Assembly (NCBI GenBank): GCA_001600815.1
Contig: BCKZ01000012.1
Location: 434,001 to 482,450 of the forward strand
From: Alloascoidea hylecoeti
Lineage: Eukaryota
Direction: 5' to 3'
DNA length: 48,450 bases
In this document: positions 11,919 to 25,451 of the stretch, piece after piece
Layout of the letters: every line of letters begins with the position of its first letter
How positions within the stretch are numbered: position 1 is the stretch's first letter
Translations under genes and position numbers: made by a program
Notes under the pieces: model-generated
Seen by the model: the letters and a program-made list of their open reading frames with translations, nothing else
Databases searched by the model: none
What the model was told of the DNA's origin: nothing

Positions 11919-14629
11919 TCAATAAAAAATCCAAGATAATCCCCCAATATCAAAACAAACTACAGTCCCAAAAGTTAACAAGAATCCAATCTGATGAATA
12001 AAATCAGACGTACAAGTCGATAAAAATATACCACTTGATATTACCGCCAATAATAAAGAAAATAGTAATCCGAAAATTACTGTAATTACTATAATTGGAT
12101 CCATTTTCTCTTTCAATCCAGCGAAAAGAAAACCAAAAGTAACTGATGTAACTAGGCAAGATAAAAAAAGGGCAAATGAATATAAAAACTTAATGAACTT
12201 ATCGTATTGAAGTTGTTTAGCAGTGTAATCCAATTGAGATTCTTGATCAGGCGAATAAGTTCCACATCTATGGAGATTTTGATGAGGGTTTCGCGGTTGA
12301 CTAAAGTAATCTTCTGCTTGTGCGCCACCTAAACCCAAGCCCGTTGTCTGGTTATTAATTGTGTTATAACTATAACTAGGTTGCAATTGACGGTTTTCAT
12401 GGATTAATGGCTGATTTTCTTGCTCTGATCCTCTCGCCCGTCCTAAACTCTTTTTAATACTCAAAGTATCACATAGTTTGTCTGAAATTGACATGAAAAA
12501 TTCTACACAATTATCTAATAATAAACTCCCATAATTTGAATTTGATTCTTCATCGATAAAGAAAGTTCCTGCTCCTTCTTCATCACTTCCAGGATTATCA
12601 AATTCATTCCAGTATCTAATAGGTGTAGGTGATACCGTTGGAGCTTGTTGAAATCTTACCTTTCCAGCTTGTTTCGATGGTGCAGGTTCGTTAATCGTGT
12701 TTGGAGAAGATAATGGCGTTAATTCTGCTGAATTTACGGTGCTTGACCGTCTAGATATGGATCTAGATGATGGTGCACTATCAGAACCCAAGTTAATCGA
12801 TTCTTCATAGTTTGAAAGTTGATTTTCACGAAAGATTTTAGCTCTTCTTCTTGTTTTTATTCTGTTAAATGATGGTACTCTTTTAATTTCATAATTTGAG
12901 TCCAATAATTTAATCCAATTTGGTTGAGAAGATAATTTCTCGGGATGAAACAATGAAAGAGAATGACTAAAAAGGGAAAAGTCTATTACTGGATAAACCA
13001 AATGTGATTTTTCAATTTCAGAAACAATAGAAGGTTTATCAATTGAACGCCATGATATTTCTAACACTGCATATGGAAACTTATAATTATGATCAATGGC
13101 TCCGGAGGAATCGGTAACTGTCAATTGCAAACTCGTGGCTGTATCTAGATTTGGTAATGAAAATTTAACTGAAGTATCCAAAGTAGCCCATACTTTATTA
13201 TCATTACAACTAACCGTGCTAGAAGTAGGTCTTTCATCAAAAGCTCTAGGCCCCTTATTAATTTGAGTATAACGACTTCTATTGGTGTTAACTTGAGAAA
13301 CCGGCAATGCACATGTTTTTTCAACCCAATCAACTGCTAATTTATCAGCATAAGATTTTTGCTGGTACTCTTCTGATTTTCTTATTGAGATGGTTGAATG
13401 GGCGAAAATATTATCAGTTATGTTCTTGGATAAAGATGTTGTTGCTGTATGTCTAATTCCACCTACAGGAGAACAAAGAGCATAATTTTGAGTGGCTGAT
13501 GATGGCTGTGACGTTTCTGACCAGGAAATTTGACCAGTTTTATTTCCACTATTAACTGAGTGTAATTGATCAAGAGAACCCAAGAAAATAATATGCGAGT
13601 CGTGGCTGTCACTAGTTAAACGGGGGATGTGCTGTGAGCTTGAGATGGAAGACTTTCTGCTTCTAGTGGTTTGTAAATTCTGAAGCATGAATTGATTTGT
13701 AATACTATTTCTGGAACAACCAGAACTCGAATTTCTTCTTCCAGAAGACAACTCAGAGGTCATCATTCTTACAGTTGGGTCAGTAATCAAATTAAAATGT
13801 TTTGATAGCTTGATTTTCAATTCAGTGATATTATCTGCATGAACCCAAAAAGTTGCTGAGTTTGTACTTTCAGAGAAGACCTCCCGATCAAAGCTAACGA
13901 AAGAATCCACTGAATTATCAATTGCATCATTCCCCAAGCTACTTTTCTCCTCTCTCAAGACAATATAGAGTATTGATAATTTTAATATACCATCAGTAAA
14001 ATCATACTTTGTAAAAGAGTTCGGACCATCAAAAATTGGTAGAAATGTTTCATTCAGTCTGTTCGAGCCTGAGCAATTTTTGTACTTCTTTAACAATTTT
14101 TTGAATCCTATTGTCTGTAAACTAATAAAGCGGGACAATGCCTCTAAGTTATATGACAGGTCGTCTATTTTATTTGAAAGTTCGTATAATGATATTCTAC
14201 GATTTTGAACAATTTGAAGATCGGAGCGAGCACACGACCTGGACATTGATTTCGATGCAGATGGTTGGATTTGGTTGTCAGTGCATACCATGCAATCAAG
14301 GATTTTTTCACATTCGAGAATTCTTCTGTCAATCTCACCGACTTTAGATTTTACAAATAAAGAGACCTGCCGATCAAAGTTAGTAGGTGTTTCAACATTC
14401 AGATTTGGAATTGATTATATATATGGCTTACCAAGTCAAACTGTTCACGTAAGGCTTTTGTCAAAGTGAGAAATTGCTCATCTGTGTTTGAAGAAATTTT
14501 ATGGTTAAGAGAATCTGAAGAGGCAGGGTTGATGTTAAGCTTGATAAGACGCTTTATATCATCGTATTCTAAGTTGTAAGCCTTCCATTCTGGAATACTC
14601 AGTGTACTCAGAATAGAACTGTATTTCAT
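11919..14629 (-). CDS. VTC5: SPX-domain vacuolar polyphosphate (VTC complex) regulator, Vtc5-like; exons 14629-14432 and 14366-11919
   Basis: SPX start MKYSSILSTLSIPEWKAYNLEYDDIKRLIK...VSLFVKSKVGEIDRRI, LQTIGFKKLLKKY, VTC-like middle, three C-terminal hydrophobic helices; intron GTAAGC...CTAAC...CAG. Confidence 0.8.
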
Positions 14630-15295
14630 TGAACAATACTAGAAATGAAAGATGGAGACAAAATGAGAGATGAATATTTCTTTGTTTTTAAAGTGTTCAA
14701 ACAATTGCAGATTTGTCTTTCACAATTGATTAATTAACTGTAATATTAATAGAGATTTGTTAGATAAGTTATTGTGCAGCTATGCACGTATTAGCAGTTG
14801 AACCTATTAGGCAGGCTGTTCATACAAATATAATTTTAATAAGCTACCAATTGGCCTGGACTTTGATTAATCTCCAAAAGAAACTTAAATCTCCTGAGAT
14901 TTCACACCTTCCTTGAATATATCGCTACAGCTAACTTTGAAATATTTTGGGTGTTACGAAATTACAGTGTATGGCATATATGCACTGATATATGCATTGG
15001 TGCATAAACACTATTCGGGTCATCTAGATCACATATAAGCAGCCTCATGATTAAGGAAGCTCTCGAGTTCTTCTTCGCCGGAAGTGCTTCTCCAGTTATT
15101 TAGTCACTGGCCACTTGGCGTAACAACTTTATACTTGTTTTCCCTGCATAGAGCAAGCGTTTATAGTTAAAAATAGCAGGCTTATGTAAGCCTAAAATTA
15201 GGAGATTCCAATTTTCCATGATCATGTGATCCCATCTCACTTTTTTTTTCCAACACTAAAAAAATTTATTTGAGTGTAAACAAACACATTTCAAA

Positions 15296-16297
15296 ATGGC
15301 TTCAGGAAAAATAATAAAACGACGAAAAGAAAAGGTCAGAAAAGTTAAAAAGGGCGATGTGACTGGATTGGAGAATGCTCCCTCAACCTCCCCCTTCATT
15401 AAAAAACTAGCATCTAATGGTAAGTTCTTTATATTTATCATAACCTTGAGGAGTGAAAAATTTAATGAATCGATAAATGTTCTTAGATCGTGCTACAAGA
15501 GAGTCTGCTATTGATATGCTCAATCTGTTTCTACAACGAACAAGGAGTCTTTCACAACTTGAACTACAAAAACTATGGAAGGGATTGTTTTTTGCAATGT
15601 GGTTTAGTGATAGGCCTAAACCTCAACAGCGATTAGCAAACGCATTAAGCTCATTGGTTTCTGTTGTTAATAAGGTAAACTTATGGGGCTTCATCGAGGC
15701 TTTTTGGGTGATTATTGGTATAGAATGGGAAGGATTGGATCATTTAAGGTATGCTTTTTAACTTGATTTTCAATTTATTAACTGATTCTAACATATATAT
15801 TACTAATACCTAGAATGGATAAATTTTATATGCTCCTACGTCGTTTCTTAAATGCAATTCTTCGACGATTAAAGCTAGAAGATTGGAATGAAGAGGACGT
15901 GAGACGTTATGTGGAAATTACAAATAGATTACCTCTAGGATTTGAAAATAATCAGAAATATCCTGTAGGTGTCACGTTGCATATCGTTGATATTTTTACA
16001 GACGAATTAGAAAAGAATTTGTTCGAAGATATAGAAGAGAATGATGCAAATGATGAAGAGAGTGCAGAGGTGGACAATACAAAATTAAGTGAAGAAAAGC
16101 AACAAATCATCACAGACACCCCAATAAAAGAGCTTTATTCTTCGTTTCTAACTTTATCAAAAACATCTAACGTATCTTCTATTAAAAACAAGATTAAAAA
16201 TGAAATGTTAGTTGATGAAAGATTAGTTCAATGGGGAGTGATAGAAAAAGATGAGGAAGAAGAACATGAGGAAGAGGAGTGGATTGGATTTGACTAA
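15296..16297 (+). CDS. RRP1: 60S biogenesis factor Rrp1 (Nop52 family); exons 15296-15419, 15487-15748, 15814-16297
   Basis: FIKKLASNDRATRE, KLWKGLFFAMWFSDRPKPQQRLA, EWEGLDHLRMDKFYMLLRR after splicing. Confidence 0.94.
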
Positions 16298-17049
16298 ACG
16301 AGTGATACAGTGAAACAGCAAAACACTCTTTAATTAGCTATTGCATACTAGATGTTGCAAATATATAACATATACTTATTACAATTGCAATTCCAATTGG
16401 GGATTCTTAGACTCTCACATTACAATTTGAATTTAAATAAAGATTTAAGAAAATACTACTTATCAACATGTTTTGAAAACGATTATTGGTGTCCAAGGAA
16501 AAGATGACTGCGTAGCCGACTTCTTATTGCTTCTACCTATAGTGATACCAACCTTGATTTTGAAGAAGAGATTTAGAGTCAATGAATACTGTAATATGAA
16601 CGACGCGCTTAAATTAAAATACCCTCGACTGCTTCTACCTTTTTCCGAGTTTTCATACCTATTGGCTATTATGATCTTATGGGGTTAAAATTGAATAAAA
16701 ATCTCAACCAAGAGGCTTAATTAAGCGCTTTAAGCTTAAAGTAACAATTCATTTGAAAGGAATTGATGGCATTAAAAATTGTTGAGGTAGCTATAGGATA
16801 CCTTAATAGTAGTAGTATAGTATTTGCGTTAACAATTACAATAATGTTATACTCATCTTTTTTTTAGGGCATCACAATAGCTCTCTATTTTTTGCTTAAT
16901 GTCCATCTTCTTAGCCAAGATTAAAGTTACGTTTTTCTTTCGGGTCACACGACTCACCACTCCTTGACATAGTTATGACGGTTTAAATAAGAAGGCCAAG
17001 ATTATAACCTGCCACTGAGTATTCTACAAGGCCTTAAACTGTTCTTAAA

Positions 17050-17400
17050 ATGGTAAATAAAACTCTAGAGAATCTATTAGTTTATATAATGATGTCTTAG
17101 CGTTAGCCGCAGAAGTACATCTATGACCACCTTTCCAAATTTCAGTTCAGATCATAAAACTTACAGACTTCCCTATATTCTTTGAGGTTTAAATAGCTGA
17201 CTTGACTGTGGTATCATATACTTTCAGGGTCACGATACTATAGCGGCCCAACATTCATTAGTGAATACAACACCATCCCAAACGTCCCCGACCACTCTAG
17301 TCTATCTTTCGGCCATATCTTTTTTTCTTTGATTCTTCTCATTCAGATAATGCTTTCTACCTGCCAAAAATGTTGCATACCCATGATTATTTAGAATGCT
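17050..17400 (-). mobile_element. Degenerate Tc1/mariner transposase relic
   Basis: Minus-strand translation with frameshifts and stops gives ILNNHGYATFLAGRKHYLNEKNQRKK..W.KDRLEWS..VWDGVVFTNE..KSVSFMI*TEIWKGG..LEFYLPF, matching the Tc1 pattern L..GY....RKP.L......R..WA....W...W..V.FSDE..VMVWG. Confidence 0.7.
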
Positions 17401-18817
17401 TGGGTCATTGAGGTGGTGGTGCCCTATAAAAAACATAATATAAGCCTAATCTTGACCCGTCTGTAGATCTTACAGTTTGTTGTACATTGTTCAATTTAAT
17501 CAAGATCACTGATATGAAAAAGTTACTTTATTAGTTGCAATTATAAGACACACTTTTTCTAAAGCCATTTGTGGCATTAGTTTCATGACCATAGATTTTA
17601 ATGGGAAACTTCAATAATTAATGTAGCTATATATATAGAGATATATTCAATAACTCAAAATAAATAGCAAAACTACATAATTCCGATGTAACTCGTGAAA
17701 TAACTCGTTTTATTAGGCTATCGGAATATTCAAGTACCGTAAGCAGCGAATAACATATGCATGCGCGTATAGCTTGCATGAAATGTCGTGCCCGAACCTG
17801 CGCACGGAAAAAATGTACATTTCAAAATTTCTAAAAATTTCTAAAAATAAATAAATATATATAAACTAACCATATAACTTACATATCATCAAGTGGGAAA
17901 CCTGGTAGGTAATCCATTATGCGCTCTATTATATCCGATCTTTTGAGAGCTGCACTGATGTGCTTTTTTGGCCTTGAAATTGATTTTAATGCTTCAATAA
18001 TTTCTTTTACGAGATTTTCTGTGGTAATATTAAATGTGGCATGTCTGCTTGCATATATGCCCGTAAAGGAATATACCCGTAAAGGAACTTTACAGTAGGA
18101 GTTGATGAGCGAGTAAAGTGCCTCTAAATTCTCTAATACATGTTCACCATATCCAGTGTAAAATTAATGAATATACTATGAAGGATATACAGGTATCTAT
18201 TTACAAGTATAGTATATATGACACATGCTCTGTAATCAATCGAAAGACTTAGATATCCTTTAAGATATATTCATTGAATTTCATTTCATCCATAATAGTG
18301 GAATTAGTGGCATATGACATAAATACTTCCATGAATACTAGGTAACTAGTTAATTATATATGCATATATTATTCCATGAGAATTAAGTACTTTGGATACA
18401 AGAAAACCTTTCAATTGAAATAAAAACCCCAATTACAGATCTACCATTCTAGTTATAAGTTATATTACTTTGAATTTAATATTATTTATTAAATAAAAAT
18501 ATAAATGTATAATTTGACTATAATCAATAATAATGATTCAATATTAATTATATAACTTAGATCATTCATGAGATTCATGACCATGAGAGTTAATTAACTA
18601 TAGTATATTACATATAACTTATATATAAGATTTTTTTGTATCTAAGTTTCTACGATTTTCCATATGCATTCAATTATAAATTATAATTAATTGGACCCTT
18701 GAATATGCGTATATGCTTAAGTATAATTAAGCGTTCATGAGATAGATTAGAGCCGTACATCGATGATAATTAAAGACCAGTTACAAAAAAAAAGGTCACA
18801 CGACCAACCTCTTGTAG

Positions 18818-18915
18818 ACTGCTTGTTGGATATAATACCACTCTTAGAATCATTCACAAGATGCCAATTGGCTTTTTGGAGTAACTAGAAGAAACAGGCT
18901 ACTAGAACTTTATCA
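18818..18915 (+). repeat. Dispersed repeat, copy A (homologous to 24396-24492 in the opposite orientation)
   Basis: ttgttggatata..cactcttagaa..ttcac..attggctttttgg..aact is shared with the reverse complement of 24396-24492. Confidence 0.75.
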
Positions 18916-20006
18916 TGGTAGCGGGATGGGACATCAGTTCGACACTTGGAACTTTATCACTGCTCATTGCTCAAGAGTGGACTCAGTGGATATCCAAAAC
19001 TCCCCTTAAATCTTAGCTAGAGCAGGTATAATGTATAATTATTCAATTAATTGTAGTATCATTTACACTTTACTTTAGCGCTTCCACTTAATTTTGAGAA
19101 CTTGGTAGAGTAAATATTCGACCACCTTTTGAGTTATCGATATCTTATTTATAGGACACTCTTCTCATATATTTGTCCATACTTTTCTTCTTCGTACAGG
19201 AAATTGATCATATTACTATGGCCAATGCATACTACCCATGGGCCATAGCTGACAATCTTGAAGATAGGTAAAGACGACCAAATTTTAGAGAAGGGTGTTC
19301 GATAATTAGTAACCAACATGTTCAAATACTCAGTCAATCAGATAACCGAATATTGGAGCATAAAGTCGCAGAACATTTATTTCGAAAAGTGATCAATATT
19401 GAGTCACCAAAAGGGCTTCCCATTAGTGTACACTGTGACCATATTTAGTGGACTAGTTGTTAGCTATAGTATGGAACCAATTTTGTTCGTAGAATAAATT
19501 CTGACATTTGCTGCTAATTGGGTGTATGTAACTATTTTATGGAAATTCAGATGAAAAGCTCTGTAATAATTGTAAAAGAAGAAGATAGCAAAAGAACCCC
19601 GATTTGAATATCTAAGAATATAGTAAGCAGTGGTATATAATAAGACTAATGCCAAAAAACATTCAACAAACGAAGTTACGATACGATCGTATATTAATGT
19701 AACAGTACAAGCTTTTACATTTAGTGTACTATTTCTTGCAACACAACAAACGGCCAAATATTTAATCTTTAATTTAAAAATATAAAATATATAATAATAT
19801 GGAAAAATACAAATCAAAAATGAAGATAAATAGAGTGATATGACAATTCTTTTATACAGATTTGTATGTACAACTAATTGCAACTGCAATAATTATAACC
19901 CCATACCGGTAGTCTGGTATATATTGTATTCATATATCCTAATGTAAACTTATTAAGTATATTTAAGCAGATGTTAAGATACGCATACTTGTTAGTAATC
20001 AATAAT

Positions 20007-21218
20007 TTAATTATTATCACCTCTTGATCTTTTCTGGCCATGTGGATTGGCATCGTTCATACTATTATTCCACCCATTATTTTGGTTATAATAACCACCT
20101 TGATTAGCTCCATAGTTTCCATAACCTTGACCCTGAACTCCATATCCACCCATAATAGCGTCCCCCCTGTTTCCCGAAAAATTTAGTCCACCTCTCATCA
20201 TATTGGGGAATCCACCCATCATATTGCCCATCATATTCATACCGTTTTGATTCATACCATCTGTGTTATTTCTATTGTAATTATTAAACCCACCACGACC
20301 TCGGTTAAAATTGTTATAATTACTACGTCCATTTCTATTATTGTTATAATTATTAAAGTTGTTATAGTGACCCTGATTATTACCATTATTATTATTATTG
20401 GAAACATTATTGTTGTTATTATTAGCCTTAGTTGAAATATGGAATGGGTTTACTTGCTTTAAAGTGTATTGTACCCGATATTTCGAGTTATCGGCTTTAC
20501 CTGTATCAAGATTTTCCGTGTAAGTTTTGAAATTTGTTGATGAGTTTGTGTTATCAAAGGCGACATAAACCGTACCTTTCGATTTTCCATTGATTTTATG
20601 TTCATCAAATATAACGACTTGAATATTGGATTCAAGTTTAGCAATAGCTGCCCATCCTCGAACGTCTTCTTCGTTAATCCACCAATCTAAATCATATACT
20701 AGAATTGCATCTGTAGGACCTGCTGGTGATTGATGCATCTGCTGCTGTTGGTTATTATAGTTATGATTAGTGAAGCCACTATTATTGTTATTAAAATTGG
20801 CATTATAGTTATTATTGTTACCAATACTGTTGTTTCGATTGGGATTATTATTAAAATTATTATTATAGTTATTCCCACCATGATTAATCGGATAATTATT
20901 ATTATTATTATAATTCCCACCATTATTGTTAAAATTATTATAGTTTCTGTTAAAATTTTGGTTTTGACTCTGATTTTGGTTCATATGTGGATTATTATGA
21001 TTAGTATTGAAGTTTGAATTATTAGGGACCTGATTGTTGTTAGTGCGAACTCCATTTCGTGGTAGATTGGAATTATTAATATTGCTACTCTGAATTTGAG
21101 CCTGAGGCTGTCCTTGTCCTTTAGAGTTATCGGATGGGGTTGAAGTGTTTACCTGGTCAACAGGCGCACTATCATCATCGTCATAAATATCGATTTCAAA
21201 GTTATAGTCGTTGGACAT
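20007..21218 (-). CDS. RRM protein of CPSF6/CPSF7 (CFIm68)-like type with Asn-rich low-complexity flanks and RGG
   Basis: N-terminal EIDIYDD, RRM DLDWWINEEDVRGW...FDEHKINGKSKGTVYVAF, C-terminal NPHGQKRSR. Confidence 0.8.
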   Translation of the reverse strand: MSNDYNFEIDIYDDDDSAPVDQVNTSTPSDNSKGQGQPQAQIQSSNINNSNLPRNGVRTNNNQVPNNSNFNTNHNNPHMNQNQSQNQNFNRNYNNFNNNGGNYNNNNNYPINHGGNNYNNNFNNNPNRNNSIGNNNNYNANFNNNNSGFTNHNYNNQQQQMHQSPAGPTDAILVYDLDWWINEEDVRGWAAIAKLESNIQVVIFDEHKINGKSKGTVYVAFDNTNSSTNFKTYTENLDTGKADNSKYRVQYTLKQVNPFHISTKANNNNNNVSNNNNNGNNQGHYNNFNNYNNNRNGRSNYNNFNRGRGGFNNYNRNNTDGMNQNGMNMMGNMMGGFPNMMRGGLNFSGNRGDAIMGGYGVQGQGYGNYGANQGGYYNQNNGWNNSMNDANPHGQKRSRGDNN

Positions 21219-22004
21219 TCTTTTTTGTGGGGAAGCTTGAAGTAGTAATTCAATTATTAGTATTAAGTAAGATTTGGACGTCCACTAGCTTCAATAGAAT
21301 GGAATAAGATTTCGATACGAAAATATGACCACTAAAAGATAGATTCAAAATAATATAAAAATACTATAGTACAAAAACAATTCATTAGTCTCCAGATGGA
21401 CTTGAAATAAAGCAAAAAAGAAAGTTGACAACGACAACACGTCTAAGAAATATGACAATATTTTTGAAAAGCAAAACAACAATAACACGAGACAAACTTA
21501 CATCTGATGACTTTTCAGACAAATATATAACGGCACAAATATAATCTTCAAAAATAAAAGACAAAAAAACAGAGAGTTTTAGACACTGAAGATATCTCCT
21601 TATGTTTGTTTGGTGATCGATGAGAAGAGGTCAAAAAGTGAAGCGGAAGTGGAAAGGGTAGATACGAGCACAGCTTCAGTATTTTTCAGACTTGCGATGC
21701 CAAATCTTAGCAATATTAATATTAAAATCAATGACAAATTGGACAAATTAGACAAACCTGAAAACTTTCGTTATTATTGTACTGTTAATTAGGTTTTATA
21801 TATTCTAGATCTATAATAGATATTTATTTATTCTTGTGCTGACTGTAGATAATAGTGAGAGTTGAGTTATTTATGTTCGTTCGATAAGAAAAGAAATTCA
21901 AGCTGATAAAATTACTGACTCATAATACAACAAATACTCCTAGTAGAATAACATTAACCATTTATAAGATCGCTCGTAATGCAATGACGTTGAAGTTAAT
22001 GGAT

Positions 22005-22677
22005 TTATTTGATTTCTACGGCTTTGGGGCCATTTTCTAGTAATTTTTTAGCTTCTGCAGTCACACTAGGAGTCTCACTCTTTTCTCCTGATAAAATATA
22101 ACTAATTGTTTCACCACGTGTAGCACCTTGAGATCGTTTCCAAAGATAAATTCTAGTCAATTGAGTGGCAGCAACAGATCCAAGGAAAAAATTGACCGAT
22201 GCTAAGAGATAGTTCTTGGGGCGAATGACAAAGCAAAAACGGGTCCAGATAACACCGGTACTAAATAATGCTAATAAATGAATAATATTAAAACCAGGTT
22301 CTCAATAAAATGTGGGTTGGGGCTTTTAAACGAACTTACCAATCTGTTGTGTGCCTGATAACTTTTCGGCTGGTCTCTTAAAGTCACTTATACCTGCAAA
22401 AACCAAAGACCACTAGTAAGATTGTTAATAAGTTAAGTAACTTTATAGGAAGAGTTATTGCCTCTTATCTTTCACCCATTATAGTGCATACTTTTAAAAC
22501 AGGAGCCTAGATTAAAGTTGATTGTTAGAATTGATCAAGTATTATATATGATTCTTTGAAAGTCCCTGAAAAGCTGGTTTCTATTTATTTTATGGGGGTT
22601 AGTTTATCACGTACCCAAAAGTGTACTGTCCTAGGACCAGTCTCCGAGTTGATGAAGCGTGCGAATCGTGAAGCCAT
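22005..22677 (-). CDS. MPC2: Mitochondrial pyruvate carrier Mpc2/Mpc3-type; exons 22677-22615, 22506-22492, 22412-22340, 22270-22005
   Basis: Spliced product MASRFARFINSETGPRTVHFWAPVLKWSLVFAGISDFKRPAEKLSGTQQIALFSTGVIWTRFCFVIRPKNYLLASVNFFLG; donors GTACGT, GTATGC, GTAAGT and TAG acceptors; absent from the ORF track. Confidence 0.95.
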
Positions 22678-24395
22678 GCTGAATGAAGAAAAAAAGAGAT
22701 ATGGGACAGAAGAAAAGACAAGGAAACCAAAGGTTCTGTGGGGACAAGGAGCGGTAGGGTAAGTTTCCCTTACATTTCAATACAGCAACGGTTTAGCATA
22801 CCAATACATCCGAATAAGCAGAATGCCTGTCTAATTTAAAACTGATTGAACCGTAATAATAGCCTGTTGAATATCATGGTGTCACGTATTCATATATTCT
22901 TACTTAAAGGCCCTGAAATTACAATAACTATGGTCAATAAAAACCAAAAGGAAGAATAGGGTAATAAATACGTGAAAGAAGCATTTTAGTTCATGATCAT
23001 AGTCAGTTGGTGAATTGCTATGCTATGCCATAAGCTAGTAAATTTGAAACAGAGCATATAGGTAAGAATTAATTAATAGAATTTGTATACTGGTATTACT
23101 GGATACAACTAATATCAATGGTGGAGCATCAATTGGAAAAACAGTTGGTGGTCATTTGTGTGCCATGAATTATTATATAATTATCAATTGGTAGCCAGAA
23201 GAAGCTACTGGAAACAGGTATCGATTAAGATATAAAATCAAGTTAATAAATGAGCCTTCTACTGAATTGGCTAGCACTACAAAGATTGACACAAATTTTG
23301 AAGAGATTTGGAGAGATCCTCAGAGAAGATATCGATATGCACATGTTTTAATTTGGCTGCGATACGCAATACTTCTTTTTAAAGTGATAATAAACTGAAC
23401 TCAAGGACAAGAGTATATTTGGCCTATATAAAAAATATCCCTAATAATAGCAGACATAATACAGGAAAGAACGACTAATAAATGATGAATAGCCCATTAA
23501 TATTGAAAAGTCTGTACTATAATATAATTAACGAACTATTGAATCTTCCTCCTATGTAAGCCCTCTAATCTCTCGTATATGGAACTAGCTAGCCATCAGT
23601 TTATCTCTTAATCTTAGGATTGTTTTATTATATCTGGTTCTTCTCACTGTGTTATTATTATCATTGCTTTTGTCACTACTAAAAATATTAATAGTCTTCG
23701 ATAAATCCTGCTACAATTTGAAGTAAAGCACAGCCCTCTGTTCGATCAGCAGTAGTTAAGCTGGTAAGCGCCACCGAGTAATGCAACGAGAGATCATTAT
23801 TAAAACCGTGGGGCGGTAATCTTTTTGGATATTTGCCACTAAAGAGGAAGAACCAATTGTAGCTAAAACGATATTATTCACTTCATTCGTTGTTCATCCT
23901 ATATATATTTGTTATACTTCCATGAAGAGCCTCATTGTGAATTCGTGAAGGTCTCATGTCGAATCCAAGTAACGTTCACTTGCGCTTCTATTGCAATTAA
24001 ATTGTCAAAAGGCTTAAAACATTTCACACATATATATGATATAACTTATATGCCACGCAGGGAACGACAAAAGCTGCTCCTCAAAGTCAAATAGGTTATA
24101 TTCCGGACTTTATGATATCATCATGGCTAAATGCAGTTGTATTTTTTTTCTTCAAATATTTTCAACCTTCTAATCTTAATAGGCTCTTATGGTAGTAAAA
24201 TTTATATTTATGATAATATGTAAACACAATTAATTTACAATCACAAATTCACAAACCATCTGACCAGATTCTTGACTCGGAGTCTCGGTTTGTGTATCTA
24301 ATGAGGCTTGTGATATATTAATTATATGATCATGATATCAAATTTGCAATTTCTTGTTCAAGTATCGGCGCTATAATATAATTATTAATGACAGT

Positions 24396-24492
24396 TGTTA
24401 AAGTTGAAAGTGCGTGTTCTCCCAGTTGCGCCAAAAAGCCAATCGACTCCTAGTGAACTGTTCTAAGAGTGTAATATATATCCAACAACAGT
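24396..24492 (-). repeat. Dispersed repeat, copy B (homologous to 18818-18915)
   Basis: ccaaaaagccaat...gtgaa..ttctaagagtg..tatatccaacaa is the reverse complement of copy A with substitutions. Confidence 0.75.
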
Positions 24493-25451
24493 TGCACCGA
24501 TATCTAGTTTTTCTACTTTAGAACTGTTTACCCAGCCAGAGAGGTACTCTCATTAACTAAGTTCTTTCAAACTCACAATCAATTACAATCAATGCTGTGA
24601 TTATTAATTATAATAAGATTTGTGAAGCTATTGTTTGTGTTCGGAAGATATAAGCTTTTTACTCACATATATCTGCATGCACATATTTAAAATAACTATT
24701 TTGGATTATAGTTGTACGAAACTTATAAGACATAGATTCCTTTAATTATGGACCATGATGAGTTCGAACAGCAATATCAATTGTTTGGGGTTTACTACAG
24801 CGATTATATAATTAGTGGGCTACGTCTGGCAGCGCATGACGCATTGCCTACCGGTATAAATAATAGTTGTCCCGAATCCCAAGCGACAACTCAACAGGTT
24901 TTGTCACAACATAAACGAATATCTCATATGGATATCGTATGAATATCATATGGTAAGCCGATTCGGAAACGTACTTGGCCGCAGAATATGTATTGAGGAT
25001 TTAAACATATGAAAATGGATATATAAATGAGTTTCAATTGGAAGCTTATCTATCAACAAGCTAATGATAGCTTGTAAAAATAGATGTGCATTAACATCAT
25101 AGATGTTTGATCATAGCTTATACCGAAATGAGTATTTTATTATATAACAGGCTGCAGCATATGAAATTTGCCACAATACTCGATTATGGCCACTCGGAGT
25201 TAACGCTTTAGTAGCATTGCAACTAAATTCAGAAGATTGATTTAATTACAGAAGGTCTTTGCAGGTTTATATTGAATGTAGACGTACCGGTATATAACGT
25301 CCTGGGATCCCTCCGATCAATTGAAAATTTCCTATATTTGTCATCATCTCATGCTCATATCCTTATAACATTACACTATAACTGATACTTTAGAACACAT
25401 CATATAACCACAAGCCTTAAAACTCTTATTTATTGCAGACAAACAATATTC

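Noticed and set aside
19330..19445. Ty3/Gypsy integrase-like peptide VAEHLFRKVI...GLPISVHCD
   Set aside because: Resemblance too short, with no other integrase motifs nearby
19464..19889. 141-aa minus-strand ORF
   Set aside because: TTG start, AT-rich composition, no motifs; probably the 3' region of the RRM gene
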